Shown here one piece after another: positions 12,890-26,203 of a stretch of DNA of 64,000 bases (within the stretch, counting starts at the first letter, position 1; the number at the start of each line of letters is the position of its first letter). The notes under the pieces are model-generated. The model was given only the letters and a program-made list of their open reading frames with translations. It did not search any database and had not been told where the DNA came from. The stretch is taken from positions 237,710,001 through 237,774,000 of the forward strand of contig NC_086097.1 in the NCBI RefSeq assembly GCF_963921235.1. Reading direction: 5' to 3'. The DNA comes from Mobula hypostoma. Its lineage: Eukaryota. The position numbers were made by a program, and so were the translations under genes.

Positions 12890-13690
12890 CTGCTTGGTGT
12901 TCCCATTGGTATTGGGACTGCTACTTTTCACATTGTTTGTCAATGATTTGGATAATTGAATTGATGGCTTTGTGGCGAAGTTTGTAGATGATACAAAGAT
13001 AAGTGGAGGTAGGTAGTGCTGAGGAAACAATGCAATTGCGTTGACAAATTGGAAGAATGGGCAAAAGAACCGTAGATGGAATAGGCATCCTTTAGTTTTG
13101 TGAGACCATGGATTTGTGCCTTGGAAGGTTTTCAGGGCGCAGGCCTGGGCAGGGTTGTATGGAAGACCAGCAGTTGACCATGCTGCAAGTCTCCCCTCTC
13201 CACGCCACTAATGTTGTCCAAGGGAAGGGCACTAGGGCCGATACAGCTTGGCACTGGTGTCATCACAGAGCAATGTGTGGTTAAGTACTTTGCTCGAGGA
13301 CACAACACGCTGCCTCAGCTGAGGCTTGAACTAGCGACCTTCAAGATCACTAGACCGGCGCCTTAACCACTTGGCCACGCGCCAACACAGATAGAATAAA
13401 GCCTCAAAATTAAAGGGTGACCTTTTAGAATAGAGGTAAGGAGGAATTTTTTTAGCCAGAGAGTAGTAAATCTGTGGAATGCTCTGCCACAGACCGTGGT
13501 AGAGGTCAAGTCCGTGGGTATTCTTAAGGCAGAAGTTGATCATTCCCTGATTGGTCAGGACATCAAAGGATATGGCGAGAAGGCAGGTGTATGGAGTTGA
13601 GTGGGATCAAGTGTCAGATATGATGGAATGGTGGAGCAGACTCAATGGGCTGAATGGCTAATTCTGCTCCTATGTCTTGTGGTCTTATGT
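12890..13690 (+). mobile_element. CR1 fragment interrupted by a SINE
   Basis: KFVDDTKI motif and CR1 3' UTR. Confidence 0.8.
13084..13388 (-). mobile_element. Full-length tRNA-derived SINE (Pol III A/B boxes)
   Basis: Minus-strand A box TGGCCAAGTGG and B box GTTCAAGCC; TSD agatggaata/agatagaata (13074-13083, 13389-13398). Second, truncated copy at 63509-63708. Confidence 0.88.
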
Positions 13691-14494
13691 TCAATGTGAG
13701 AGCAATTTTTTTAAAAAAGGTGAAGCCAGCAGGAGAAGAAGGGCTCTGGCATTTTCCCACAGAACACTCTCACTGCATTCCTGGGATTTAACTGAATGCC
13801 CTCATCAGAGTGACAGATGGCTCAATGCTGATACATCTCCCTGGAGCTACTAACTGTTGGGACATGACCAACAACTCATTAATGAGATTTGAGTCCCAAT
13901 CTCTGTTGATTTATGGGCATAAATGGGACTGCTCTAACTGCGGGCCTCCATTCCGAAGTTATGATTCATTAACCTGTTTCCTGGTCAATCATTCTTTCAG
14001 AGTGCCAGATAGGAGAGGTTGGGGAGACTAAGGGGTCTGAGGTTTCTGACTAGACTGGGCTGCTTGGGCTATGGAAATGAGAAATTATATGCAGTCCATG
14101 CTTACAATGACTATGTAAATATATCTGAAAATATTCACTCAAAGTATTCAGAAATAGCACTTCAAACAGGAGGTGCCTATGAAAAGATGCACTTTTCTAT
14201 GTGCCTTAATTCAACAATTATCATTTGAAAGCACCTTTAAAGTTAGTTAATATTGAAAACAGCACATCACAGGAAACAGCCTCCACTCTGTTCCGACTGC
14301 ATCAGTAAAGGAAGGGGGGAAGAAGCCAGAATAAGAAGGTAGGGAAGGGAAAGGAGTATAAACTGGCAGCTTTCATCACCACTCATAATAAAGCATCCTG
14401 TCACAAGATGTCTACTTATTATCCTCCATATGTGCTACCTGACTTGCTGAGTTCCTCCAATATAATTCCACGTTAGGGTTGGTGCATAGCACAT

Positions 14495-14725
14495 CAATTA
14501 CCATTGTATAAGATGATGAGAGGCATTGACCATGCGGATAGCCAGAGGCTTTTTTCCTGGGCTGAAATAGCTAACACGAGGGAGCATAGTTTAGTGGTGC
14601 TTGTAAGTAGGTAAATTTCAGAGAGGGATTTCAGGGGTAAATTTTTCATACAGAGTGGTGGGTGCGTGGAATGCACTGCCAGCAACGGAAGCGGATACAA
14701 TAGGGTATTTTAAGAGACTCTTAAG
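14495..14725 (+). mobile_element. CR1 fragment
   Basis: YKMMRGID...QRVVGAWNALP-like sequence. Confidence 0.75.
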
Positions 14726-15019
14726 AGGATAGCTAACACATCTATTGAGATGCTCCCTCAACCAATGATTTCATTTTAAGGACTCTATATCTTGTTATTT
14801 TATGTTCTCATTCTTTATTACTATTTACTTATATTTGCATTTGCAGAGTTTATTGTTTTGTATGTTCTACATGATCTTTCATTGATGCTGTTTACAGTTA
14901 CTGATCTATAGACTTGCTGGGTATGCCCGCAAGAAAAAGAATCTCAGGTTTGTATGTACTCTGATAGTAAATTTTATTTTGAGCTTTGGAGGGAATCCTG
15001 CAGGTGCTGGTGTTCCTGC

Positions 15020-15362
15020 AGGAAAATTGTTTCCATTGGTAGGTGAGACTGAAACAAGGGGACATAGCGTCAAGATTCGGGGGAGTAGATTTATGACGGA
15101 GATGAAGAGGAACTGCTTTTCCTAGAGAGAGGTGAATCTGTGGAATTCTCTGCCCAATGAAGCAGAGGAGGCTGCCTCAGTAAATATATTTAAGACAAGG
15201 TTGGGTAGATTTTTGCATAGTACGGGAATTAAGGGTTATGGGGAAAAGGCAGGTAGATGGAGATGAGTCCATGGCCAGATCAACCACGAACTTGTTGAGT
15301 GGCGGAGCAGGCTCAGTAGGCCAGATGGTCTACTCCTGCTCCTATTTCTTATGTTCTTATGT
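15020..15362 (+). mobile_element. CR1 3' end
   Basis: VNLWNSLP; tail tcttatgttcttatg. Confidence 0.8.
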
Positions 15363-15651
15363 ACCCTGCGGACTTCATCCTTCTTGGTGGAGGTCATAGG
15401 TTTGGGAGGTGCTGTCGGAGTAATCTAGGTAACTAAGTGCCCTTTAGTGTGCAGGTGATGTTCACTGCAGCTACTATAAATACATGGTACAGGGAATGAA
15501 AGCTCAGAGTGGGTTGCAGAGATACTAATCAAGCTGCAGAAAGTGGTGGACACTACTCAGTCCCTCAAAGCCAAAGCCTTCTCCACCATTGAGTACATTT
15601 GCACGGAGCACTGCCACAAGAAAGCAGCATCTATCAGCAAAGACTCCCACC

Positions 15652-15937
15652 GTGGGGAAGCCTTTTAGGACCGAGATTAGGAAAAACTTCTTCACACAGA
15701 GAGTGGTGAATCTGTGGAATTCTCTGCCACAGGAAACTGTTGAGGCCAGTTCATTGGCTATATGTAAGAGGGAGTTAGATATGGCCCTTGTGGCTACGGG
15801 GGTCAGGGGGTATGGAGGGAAGGCTGGGTCGGGGTTCTGAGTTGGATGATCAGCCATGATCATAATAAATGGCGGTGCAGGCTCGAAGGGCCGAACGGCC
15901 TACTCCTGCACCTATTTTCTATGTTTCTATGTTTCTA
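15652..15937 (+). mobile_element. Young CR1 3' end inserted into a Rex1 remnant (about 15525-16040)
   Basis: PFRTEIRKNFFTQRVVNLWNSLPQ; tail ttctatgtttctatgtttct; near-identical to 63709-64000. Confidence 0.88.
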
Positions 15938-16269
15938 TAACCTCTTCTCACTACTACTATTAGACAGAAGGTACAGCTTCAGGCCTCACACCATCCCGTT
16001 CAGCAACAGTTGTTACCCTGCAACCACAGGATCCTGAACCAGCAATTTTTAATTTCAATCTCCACAGCTCGAAATGTATTCTATGACCTAAAGACTTATT
16101 TTCTGGGACTCTTTACTCCTGAGAATAGGAAACAGTTTTCAATTTTTTCTTTATTTGCCAAGTTTGTCTATTTTATATACAATATAAATTATGTAACATT
16201 GTTTTTTGTCAGCTCTCATAATTTCTATTGTTTTTTTCTGTAAATACCTGCAAGAAAATGAACCCCAGG

Positions 16270-16780
16270 TCACTTACCTATTGGAAAAATGCAAATAAGT
16301 TTGAAAGAGTACAGACAAAATTTACAAGGATGTTGCCGGGACTGGAGGATCTGAGTTATAAGGAAAGATTAAATAGGTTAGAACTTTATTTCTTAGAACG
16401 TAGAAGATCAAGAGGAGATTTGATAGAGGTATACAAAATTATGAAGGGTAAATAGGGTAAATTCAAACAGGCTTTTTCCACTGAGGTTGGGTGGAACTAC
16501 AATCAGAGGCCATGGATTAATGGTGAAAGGCAAAAAGTTTAAGGGGAACATGAGGGAAAACTTCTTCACTTAGAAGGTCGTGAGAATGGAGAACGAGTTA
16601 CCAGCACGAGTAAGCTCAATTCCAATATTTAAGCCAAGTTGGGATGGATACATGGATGGTAGGGATATGGATAGCTAAGCTTTCAGTGCAGGTTGATCGA
16701 AGTAGGCAGTTTAAATGAGTTTGGCATGGACTAGATGGGTCGAACAGCCTGTTTCTGTGCTGTACTTTTCTATGGCTCTG
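16270..16780 (+). mobile_element. CR1 3' fragment
   Basis: ERVQTKFTRMLPGLEDLSYKERLNRL...RGDLIEVYKI. Confidence 0.85.
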
Positions 16781-16929
16781 GAGTAGTATATGATAACATA
16801 TGCATACTTTCATATTAAATTTACTTTGAACTTTAAGCTTATCTGGAGTTGTTGGAGCCACCCTTATTCAGTCAGGTGAAGAGAATTCCAACATGCTCCA
16901 GACTTGGACTTTCTAAAGTTCGAGAGGTC

Positions 16930-17365
16930 TTGCACCATCTGAAGCTGAGTCAGATGGAATAAAGACATCGACAAGCCTATATAACCACCATACATGTGGC
17001 TAATCTTGCTGATGGTTCCACAGATGTTAATGTGATCTATGTTCTTGGTAAGGTCAATGACGCCAACACTAGAATGGTTCACCAGTCCTGCAGGTTTGGG
17101 GGTTCAGCTCAGGGCTAACAACCCTGATTGGTAAAACAAAATTGTCAGGGAAACAGCAATGAAGAACCCTTTCTACATCTCAGTGCAATGGTGTTCCTGA
17201 GTCACCACCTGGGATATGCATGACTGATATCAGTGAAAACCAACATGAGGCTACTGACATGAAGATACTGACATGATGAAGGAAGCCCTGAACACTACCA
17301 GAGATGGAAGACCTTCATTGCAGCCCTAAACACCAGCAGCATAACAGGCACTACTATATGTTAAG
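16930..17365 (+). mobile_element. Short non-autonomous RTE-type element
   Basis: Shares ggtttggggg.ttcagctcagggctaaca..c.t.a.tgg.aaaacaaaa and the tail with 11228-11545. Confidence 0.55.
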
Positions 17366-17854
17366 TATAGCTGTAATTTGGTTTTACAGGGGAGCTGTTG
17401 CATTGGTTTCACAACTGAGTGACATAACCAATTCCGTAAAGTTATAAAATTCTCCTCAATTCCACATGAGTCATTTGTCACACTTACAAAAAGGATAGAT
17501 TGTGGGATGCTCAGTCATCTTCAGCTGCTTCATCAAAGTAGACAGTTAACCAGGTACTTTATGATCAAAAAACATGGGTGAATTTTAATCCAGAGATATA
17601 ATGCCAAATTAGTCTACTCACAATTCTCAGTAAAGTGATGGAGGAGTCAACAACAATGTTTCTATTGGCACTTTTCATTGATCACCTGTTTGTTGACGCC
17701 CATTTCAGTTTTCGTCAGCCTTACTGAACTGAAGATCATGATCCAAATATGAGTAAAGTAAGTGAAATTCCAGAGGGACATTAGAAAGCCAGGATAAAAC
17801 TGAAGTGAAGGGGCAGCAAGGAAAAATACTCCAATAATTGGAGTCATGGGAAAA

Positions 17855-18105
17855 TAAATTTCTTTAGCCAGAGGGTGGTGAATTTGTGGAACTTGTTACC
17901 ACACGCAGCTATGAAGGCCAGCTCATTGGGTGTATTTAAGGCAGAGGGTGACAGGTTCTTGATTGGATGTGGCATCAAAGGTTATGTAGAGAAGGCTGGG
18001 GAGTGGGGCTGAGAGGAGTGGAAAAACGGATCAGCCATGATTGGATGGTGGAACAGACTCGATGGGCCAAATGACCTAATTCTGTTCCTATATCTTATGG
18101 TCTTA
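17855..18105 (+). mobile_element. CR1 3' end
   Basis: FFSQRVVNLWNLLP; tcttatggtctta tail. Confidence 0.8.
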
Positions 18106-18227
18106 TAATGGAATTAGTATAATTAGAATATAATAATTAGAAATTAGCCCATGCAGCCCTTTGAGTGCATTTGTTCACTTTATGCAGAAGTTTAAGAGAA
18201 GAAACGAGGCAGAATCTACTTCACAAC

Positions 18228-18521
18228 AGAGTCCAGAGTTTACAGAGAATGATGCAAAAAAACAAATCCAGGACGTGACAGTTCTGAGGGCAAAAATGTC
18301 TTGTTAATGAGAGAGGTTGGAGGAGAATGGCCAGACTGGTTCAAGCTGGCAGGAAGGGGATTGTAACACAAATAACCACATTGTTCATAAGAGCATCACT
18401 GAATGCACAACATGGCGAAACCTGAAGTGGGTGGGCTACAGCAACAGAAGTTCATGAAAACACACCCAATGGCCACTTTACTAGATAGAGTAGGTACCTA
18501 ATAAAGTGGCCACTGGGTGTA
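18228..18521 (+). mobile_element. Tc1-like non-autonomous fragment
   Basis: Homologous to 5390-5892; terminus gtacctaataaagtggccactgggtgta. Confidence 0.7.
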
Positions 18522-19559
18522 CGTGTCGAATAAAGTCGATCATTCATCCCTGAATTGTCTCATCTCATTTATTTCAACAATCTGCCATACAATATATGGA
18601 ATTAATTTTCATGATCAATTGAGTACTTCCATCAGATCAAGAAAATTCCACGGGAAATGATTCAGATTATTGCTTGAATCCTTCAAAGCTTTTAAATTGA
18701 TTTTAGTCAATAACCAAATTCAATCCACTCTTTCAGATTCTGCCTCTGATTATTTCGTTTTGATGCGTTAAAGTATTCTCTTCTGATTTATAGCTTCAGT
18801 ATCTCAACATTGAAGCTTTTAAAATGCTAATAGAATATTTTGTTTAAAATAATCTGAGCATTGATGATAGCATTAGGATATCTTTAATAAATCGTTTGTT
18901 CATTTGGATTTTAAGAATCAAAGTGCATGTCCTAATACCCAAGCCAAAACAATCATCTCCATCACTCAAGAAAATTTCACAGCAGAGTGCAACATTAATT
19001 TAAACTAAACCACAAGAGTGAGGCAACAGAACAAATTAACAGAAGTCAAAATAGATACGGAATTTTAAAGGGAAAAACATTGATGAGAAGAAGTTCAATT
19101 TTAGATCAGCTCGCGATATCACTGTACGATTCTTCCTTAAGCTCTCCAGACAGGCATGATGGGCTATAAATCTGTTGCACAGTGAAACACAAGTTGTCCA
19201 AAAACATCTTGGCTACTGCCTGACTTTCAATTCCACTCACCTAAATGGGCAATAGCTGACTTTTCACTTCCATTTTGTGCTCCCATTCAATTTAAATCTA
19301 AGATTCAATTTTTAATTAAATTATAATTCAATTTGCGTGTGGCAGGTCATGGAAAGGGTTAGATTGATATTACAGTATATTCTAAGATTAGCACATCATG
19401 GGCTGAAGGGCCTGTACTATGCTGTATTGTTCCATGGTTTATGCTCCGTTTTTGAAAACCATTAAACTAGCTTTTATTTCCCTGAAAATAGTACATTTTT
19501 AAACAGTTTTGTGATAGCAATCGTAGTGTAACAGCAGCAAACGTGAGATGGGCGCTGTA

Positions 19560-21072
19560 GTCAACCCCATGAGGTGGCCCAGGCAGACAATATCACACAC
19601 CAAGTACTCGGGGAGAGTCCGCACCAGCTCATTGACACCTTCAACACTTCACTCATCCACATGGTTCAAGTCAGCCACCATCATCCCCGTAACAAAGAAA
19701 CCTACACCTTCAAAATTAAATGTCTGCCACCTGGTGACACTGGCACCAGTCGTGAAGAGTTTTGACAGCTGGTAATGGTACATATTAAAAACTCCATTCC
19801 TGGCACTTTCACCAATATGCATATTGACAAAACCTTTCTAGGACAGATACCATAGCATCTGTCATACACCTGGCCCTGACACACCTAGAAAACAAGGACG
19901 CTTATGTCAGAATGCTGTTTCTGGATCTCAGTTCAGCGTTCAACACTACAATCCCGAAGACCTTGCTGAGCTCCCACTCCTCAATCTAAATCCACCACTC
20001 TGCAATTGGGTGTTAGACTTCCTAACCAGCACACCACAGATAGTCAGGATTCACAACCACTCCAACCTCTCCATCATTTTCAACATGGGTGCCCACCACC
20101 CCCCAACGCTGTGTGCTGAGCCCATTGCTATACACCCTGCTCCCCTGTGACTGCGAGGCCAAACATCCGGATAATCACCGTGTCAAATCCACTGATGACA
20201 TGGCAGTGGTGGGGCTCATCACCAACAACGATGAGGTGGCCCATAGAACGGAGCTGGAAGAGCTCAGGTCCTGAAGCCAGGTAAATAACCTCTTCCTCAA
20301 TGCCAACAAGACAAAGGAGATGGTTATCAACTTCAGTAGAACTTGCACCACTGACACCCGCCTTTCTATCAGTGGCACAGCAGTGGAAAGGACGAGCAGT
20401 TTCAAACCGGTTGGAGTGCACATCATCTCACACAACCTCTTGTGGACGCAGAACACACTCTACACAGTCAGCAAAGCTCACCAACACCTTTACTTTCTGC
20501 TGAGGCTGAATAAAGCTGGCCTGTGCACCTCTTTATTCACATCCTTCTACAAATGTGCAGCAGAGAGCATCCTACCATGCTGCATCACTGCAGAGTACAG
20601 ACCAGCATCAACCTACCCGCCATCAACAACATAGATACGGAAAGGTGCCGGAAAAGGGCCAGTAACATCATGAAGGATTCCACCCAACCTACTCATGGGA
20701 CTGCTTGTCCCGCTCCCATCAGGGAGGAGGCTACATAGCATCCACGCCAGGCACACCAGACTCAAAAAGAGTTACTTTCCCCAAGCAGTAAGGCTGATCA
20801 ACACCTCTACCTACTAACTCACCCTAACAGCATTATCATTTCCTGTCGGAATCATCTTATGTCCAGATACGATTGTGCCTAGCTTCACTTTAGGAGCATA
20901 CAATCAATCTATGTATATAAGCTATCTTATATATTTATAGTTGTATTTTTTTACTTATTGTGTTCTTTACTTGTGTTTTCTTCTGTGCTGCTTTAAACCT
21001 GGAGTAACAAATATTTCATTCTCCTTTCCATTTGTGTACTGGAAATGACATTAAACAATCTTCAATCTTGAA
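19560..21072 (+). mobile_element. Degenerate Rex1/Babar LINE
   Basis: FKSATIIPV.KK, CVLSPLLYTLL, VGLITNNDE, KAHQHLYFL; tail cattaaacaatcttcaatcttgaa. Confidence 0.85.
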
Positions 21073-21597
21073 TTGAATAAGCATAGACAAAACTACAGGT
21101 TTCTTTTATATCATGTAGCATAAGACTCCTTTTAAAATTACAATTTGTTTACAAGACATTGCAAAATCTTCACAGTACTATGATTTCTCTTTTGGAGTGA
21201 ATTACTTATATATACGGCCCTGATGCACTCGTTCCCTTGCATTGCAGTAATGTCAAGCACGACTTTTGTATCTATTTAGCCATGTATCTATTTTCTGTCT
21301 GTATTGTATATTATGTTGCGCGTTTATTATGGATAATTTGTTACGTGGGTTGGGGCGTGGTAGAAGTTAAGGGTATGGTTATGTATTCATGCTTTGCCTT
21401 TTGACAGTTGGGTGTACGATATTTTTTTGTTGACCGTTGAATGTTAATGTTTAAATATGCATTAAATATGCTTTCTTTGACTTAGAACTTTGTAATTTAT
21501 AGAACACGTCATGCAGTGTCAACTCCCATACCTCGTGCTTAATCTCTGAGAGGTTTTAATTTGTTTTAAAGTAACCACTACAAATTTTTAAGGTTTT

Positions 21598-21845
21598 TAT
21601 TTAGCGATACGGGAGGATAATAATCCCTTTCTGCACAATAGAACTGTACTGTCCAATCACATCTATGTGGCCCATTAACCTGTTAACTTGTATGTCTTCA
21701 GAATGTGGGAAGAAACTGGGGCACCCAGAGGACCCACGGGGTCATGGGGGGAATGTACAAACCCCTTACAGAGAGGAGTGGAATTCTACCCAGGCCGCTA
21801 GTGCTGCCATAGTGTTACACTAACCACGATGCAACCAGATTGCCC
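21598..21845 (-). mobile_element. V-domain SINE
   Basis: Reverse core gaagaaactggggcacccagag. Confidence 0.6.
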
Positions 21846-21942
21846 ACTACTGAAATCATTTTCATAGGGAATTGAGTACATTGTTTACTTTTACTACTCG
21901 TTAACAAGGGGTCCATATGTCCACCTCCCTTCTAAAATAAAC

Positions 21943-22610
21943 TTAGATTAGATTAGATTATGAAGACATGCAGTCCTCTTTTATTGTCATTTAGTAATGC
22001 ATGCATTAAGAAATGATACAATGTTCCTCCAGAATGATATTACAGAAACACATGACAAACCAAGACTAAAAAAATTGACAAGACCCACATAATTATAACA
22101 TATAGTTACAACAGTGCAAAGCAATACCGTAATTTGATAAAGAACAGACCATGGGCACGGTTAAAAAAAGTCTCAAAGTCTCTCTAAAGTCCCAACATCT
22201 CACACAGATGGTAGAAGGAAGAAAAACTCTCCCTGCCATGAGCTTCCAGCACCGCGAACTTGCCGATGCAGCACCCTGGAAGCAACCGACCACAGCCAAC
22301 TCTTGAGCCCGTCCAAAAACTTCGAGCCTCCGACCAGCCCTCCGACACCGAGCACCAAGCACCACCTCTGCCGAGCGCTTCGACCCTGGCCCCGGCAACA
22401 GGCAAAGCCGAGGATTTGAGGCCTTCCGCTCCGGAGATTCTCGATCGTGCAGTAGCAGCGGCAGCGAAGCAGGCATTTCAGACATTTCTCCAGGTGTTCC
22501 TCCGTGCTTCCCACGCCTGTCTCCATCAAATCAGGATTATGCATGGCTTCCTACTTACAAATAGGATATCATTTCGGAGCCACGCGCTCTGTGTCGCACC
22601 ACCTTCTCCT
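21943..22610 (-). mobile_element. Non-coding retroposon: GC-rich 5' part plus AATAAA and (TCTAA)n tail
   Basis: Plus strand ttagattagattagatta...ttttattgtcat. CpG-rich body beginning agaaggtggtgcg on the minus strand; no RT motifs. Confidence 0.6.
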
Positions 22611-23699
22611 CCCCTCCTCAGAAATCATAACCTAGAATTACTTGGCAGCAGTGAGCCACTGCTGCATGCTGATCACCTGTGAAGAAGTATGGTACCACTT
22701 CATACAGTTTCCCAGAAAACTGTTGCTGCAGAATAGGTTCTCAGTAACTTTTCGCATATAAGTCAAATAAAGAGAGTAATGGTGAGGCGGAGTGTTGATG
22801 TATTATTGGGAAGGTACTCCTTCTTAACTTGATGGCTATGTTTCCTTCCTCGTTTAACAGGCTTTCAAGTCTGCCAAAATGTTGAACATTTCTGACAATT
22901 CAAAATGCTCAGAAAAAATGCAAAATTATTAAAACATTAAATATTTGAAAAATATTAAAATATAATAGAAACTGAACTTAACTGAATATGCCTGGTCTCT
23001 GTCGATTTTGTGTTTTAAATTCTGTGTTTTTTTGCTCACTTTTTTTTGCCATTTGCATGATTTGTGATTTTTTTTGTGTGGAGTGGGGAGGGAGGTTGAT
23101 GTTTTTCTCTGAACGGATTCCAGGCTTTTCTTTGTTTTGTGGCTGTCTGTAGGAAGACGAATCTTAGGGTTGCATATTGCATGCAGACTTTAATAATAAA
23201 TGAATCTTTGAACATAAACATAACTGACTCAAGTGAAATGATATGACTATTTCAAAACCATAAGAAAACTCAAACAAGAAGTGCTAACTTTTCAATTAAT
23301 CCCTTGAAGCTACTACATGGCATTGAAATGGAATATTAACACCAGAGAAATGACGTTACACAGTTCTCTGCTGAATAGCAATAGATGATGTTGAAAGTAT
23401 TACCATTTATCATCACTAATGGACAATCAGATTAACCTTTTATCGTGTTGTGTCTGTGAGATGCTGGTCAACTTGATAAACCTTGGGAGGCAGTGAGAAG
23501 AAGGTAAAAATTCTACCAGGAGCAAGCAATTAATTATTAACATAAGTATTCATCAATTTGACAATAATGAAAAGATTATAACAACTGGGAGGATTTAGGA
23601 TGCTGAAGTTTTAAACAATATTGATAAATGTGTATCAGACAGGAAGAGTATCATGTTGAATAATTGGCTTTATCCTGAGGTATTACAAACATATAACTC

Positions 23700-24135
23700 A
23701 GAACCCTGGGCTGGGTTCAAGAGCGAGGAAGGACCCAAGGTTTGGATGATTTAAGTGATGGGTCAGGGTGTCGGACCTGGAGGCGAGGGATCGGCCAATT
23801 CAGCTCGCTGCTCCATGAGATTTACTCGTCTCTGTGCTAAACCGAGGCCGTGGCCTGTAACTAATGGGCTGCTGGATCAATTGCAGCGATGACTCGCATT
23901 GTGGGTGAGGGCGCACTTTCGTGGGCTTCAGTTCTGAATGTTATTTGCTTACTTTTATTGTTTGCGCAATTTGTTTTTTTCTTTTTCTGTATATTGGGTG
24001 CTTGACGGTCTTTTGCTAATAGGTTCTGTTGGGTTTCTTTGTTTTGTGGCTGTCTGGAAGGAGATGATTTTCAAGCTTGTATGTAGTATATAATATTTAG
24101 ATAATAAATGTACTTTGAACTTTTTGAACCTTCGA
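23700..24135 (+). mobile_element. Non-coding retroposon with (TTTGAAC)n tail
   Basis: Tail aataaatgtactttgaactttttgaacc; related 3' part at about 22990-23215. Confidence 0.5.
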
Positions 24136-24484
24136 ATAAACAGATGCTGCACTTCACATAGGACCTTACTGACATTTTATACAACAAAGAGATGAAGCTC
24201 CTCATAACATGGACACTGCACAGAAGGACTCACTAAAGGAAATGGGAACGGGATTGATCTCAGAACCACCGTGGAGGAAGAGGTCCTCCAGACACAGTTC
24301 CAGATAATGATCGTAGGAGATTATTCGAATCAGAATCAGGTATAATTGGCGTATGTGTCGTGAAATTTGTTGTTTTGCAACAGGCGTACATTGCGATACA
24401 TAACTTTAAAAAACTATGAATTAAAATAAGAAAAACATATAAAAAGTTAAATTACATAAGTAGAGCAAAAAGAAAGCAAAAAAT

Positions 24485-25480
24485 AGAGTAAATGCAAGCA
24501 GGCTTTATCCACTGAGATTCGGTGGGACTACAACTGGAGGTCATGGGCTAAGGGTGAAAGGTGAAAAGTTTAAGGGGAATATGAGGAGAAACTTCTTCAC
24601 TCAGAGGGTCATGTGAGTGTAGAATGAGCTGCAACACGACAAATTGGAAGAACAAGCCAAAAATGTGGCAGGTGGAATACAGTGTTGGGAAATGTATGAT
24701 AATGCATTTTCATAAAGGGAACAATAGTGCAGACTATTATCTAAATGGGGAGAAGGTTTAAACATCAGAGGTGCAGAGGGATTTGGGGGTTCTCATGCAA
24801 GTATCCCAGAAGGCTAATTTAAAGGCTGAGTCTGTGGTAAAAGAGGCAAATGCAATGTTGGCAGTTATTTCAAGGGGAATAGAATATAAAAGCAAGAAGA
24901 TAATACTGAGCCTTTATAAGACACTAGTCAGGCCACACTTGGATTATTGTCAACAGTTTGGGGCCCCATATCTCAGAAAGGATGTGCTGTCATTGGAGAG
25001 AGTCCAGAGGAGGTTCACAAAGATGATTCGAGGAATGAAAGGTTTAACGTGTGAGAGCGTTTGGCAGCTTTGGGCTTGTACTTACTGGAATTTAGAAGAA
25101 TGTGTGGGATCTCATTGAAACCTGAATGTTGAAAGGGTCAGATGTGGATGTGGAAAAGGAGCTTCCTATGGAGGGGTGGGGTGAGTATCAAGAACTAGAG
25201 GGCACAGCCTCAAAACTGAGTGGTGAATTTTTAAAACAGTGATAAAGAATAATTTTTTTTAGCCAGAGAGTGGTGAATCTGTGGAATTCTCTGCCACAGA
25301 CTGCGGTGGAGACCAAATCTGTGGGTATATTTAAGGGGGAAATTGATAGTTTCCTGATTGGTCTTGGCATCAAAGGATATGGGGATCAAAGGAAGGCAGA
25401 TATATGGAGTTGAGTGGCATACGAGATTCACCATGATGGAATGGCAGAGCAGAACTGTCTAATGGTCTTATGGTCCTTTG
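24485..25480 (+). mobile_element. CR1 fragments
   Basis: QRDLGVLM...LYKTLVRPHLDYC..ERVQRRFTKMI. Confidence 0.85.
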
Positions 25481-26203
25481 GTTTCGTCCTGCATTCCAAA
25501 GAAGTCGAGGTTAGTAGGTTAATTAGTCACATGGGTGTAATTGGACAGCAGTGCTTGGTTGGGCTGAAAGTGTCTGTTATCATGCTAATACTTCAAAATT
25601 CAAAATATCCTGACTTGGAAATACACCATCATCCTTTTATTATTTCTGAGCCAAATACCTATAAGTTCCTCCTCAATAAACTTGAATTTGAATCAGAATC
25701 AGAGTCAGGTTTAATATCACTGGCAAAACATAGAAACATAAAAAACATAGAAAACCTACAGCACAATACAGGCACTTCGGCCCACAAAGCTGTGCCGAAC
25801 ATGTACTTACTTTAGAAAGTACCTAGGGTTACCTATAGCCCTCTATTTTTCTAAGCTCCATGTACCTATCCAGGAGTCTCTTAAAAGACCTTATCGTATC
25901 GGAATCCGCCACTGTCGCCAGAAGCCCATTCCACGCACTCACCACTCTCTGCGTAAAAATACTTACCCCTGACATCTCTGCTGTACCCACTTCAAAGCAC
26001 CTTAAAACTGTGCTCTCTCGTGTTAACCATTTCAGCCCTGGGAAAAAGCTTCTGACTATCCACACGATCAATGCCCCTCATCATCTTATACATCTCCATC
26101 AGGTCACCTCTGATCCTCTGTCGCTCCAAGGAGAAAAGCCAATTTCACTCAATCTATTCTCATAAGGCATGCTCCTCAATCCAGACAACATCCTTGTAAG
26201 TAT

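Noticed and set aside
13310..13388. tRNA gene (also 34855-34930 and 45410-45481)
   Set aside because: The A/B boxes are SINE heads continuous with a SINE body and bounded by TSDs; no complete cloverleaf.
17662..17847. Candidate exons on either strand
   Set aside because: The plus-strand AG..GTAAGT interval has stops in all frames; the minus-strand peptides are unrecognisable.
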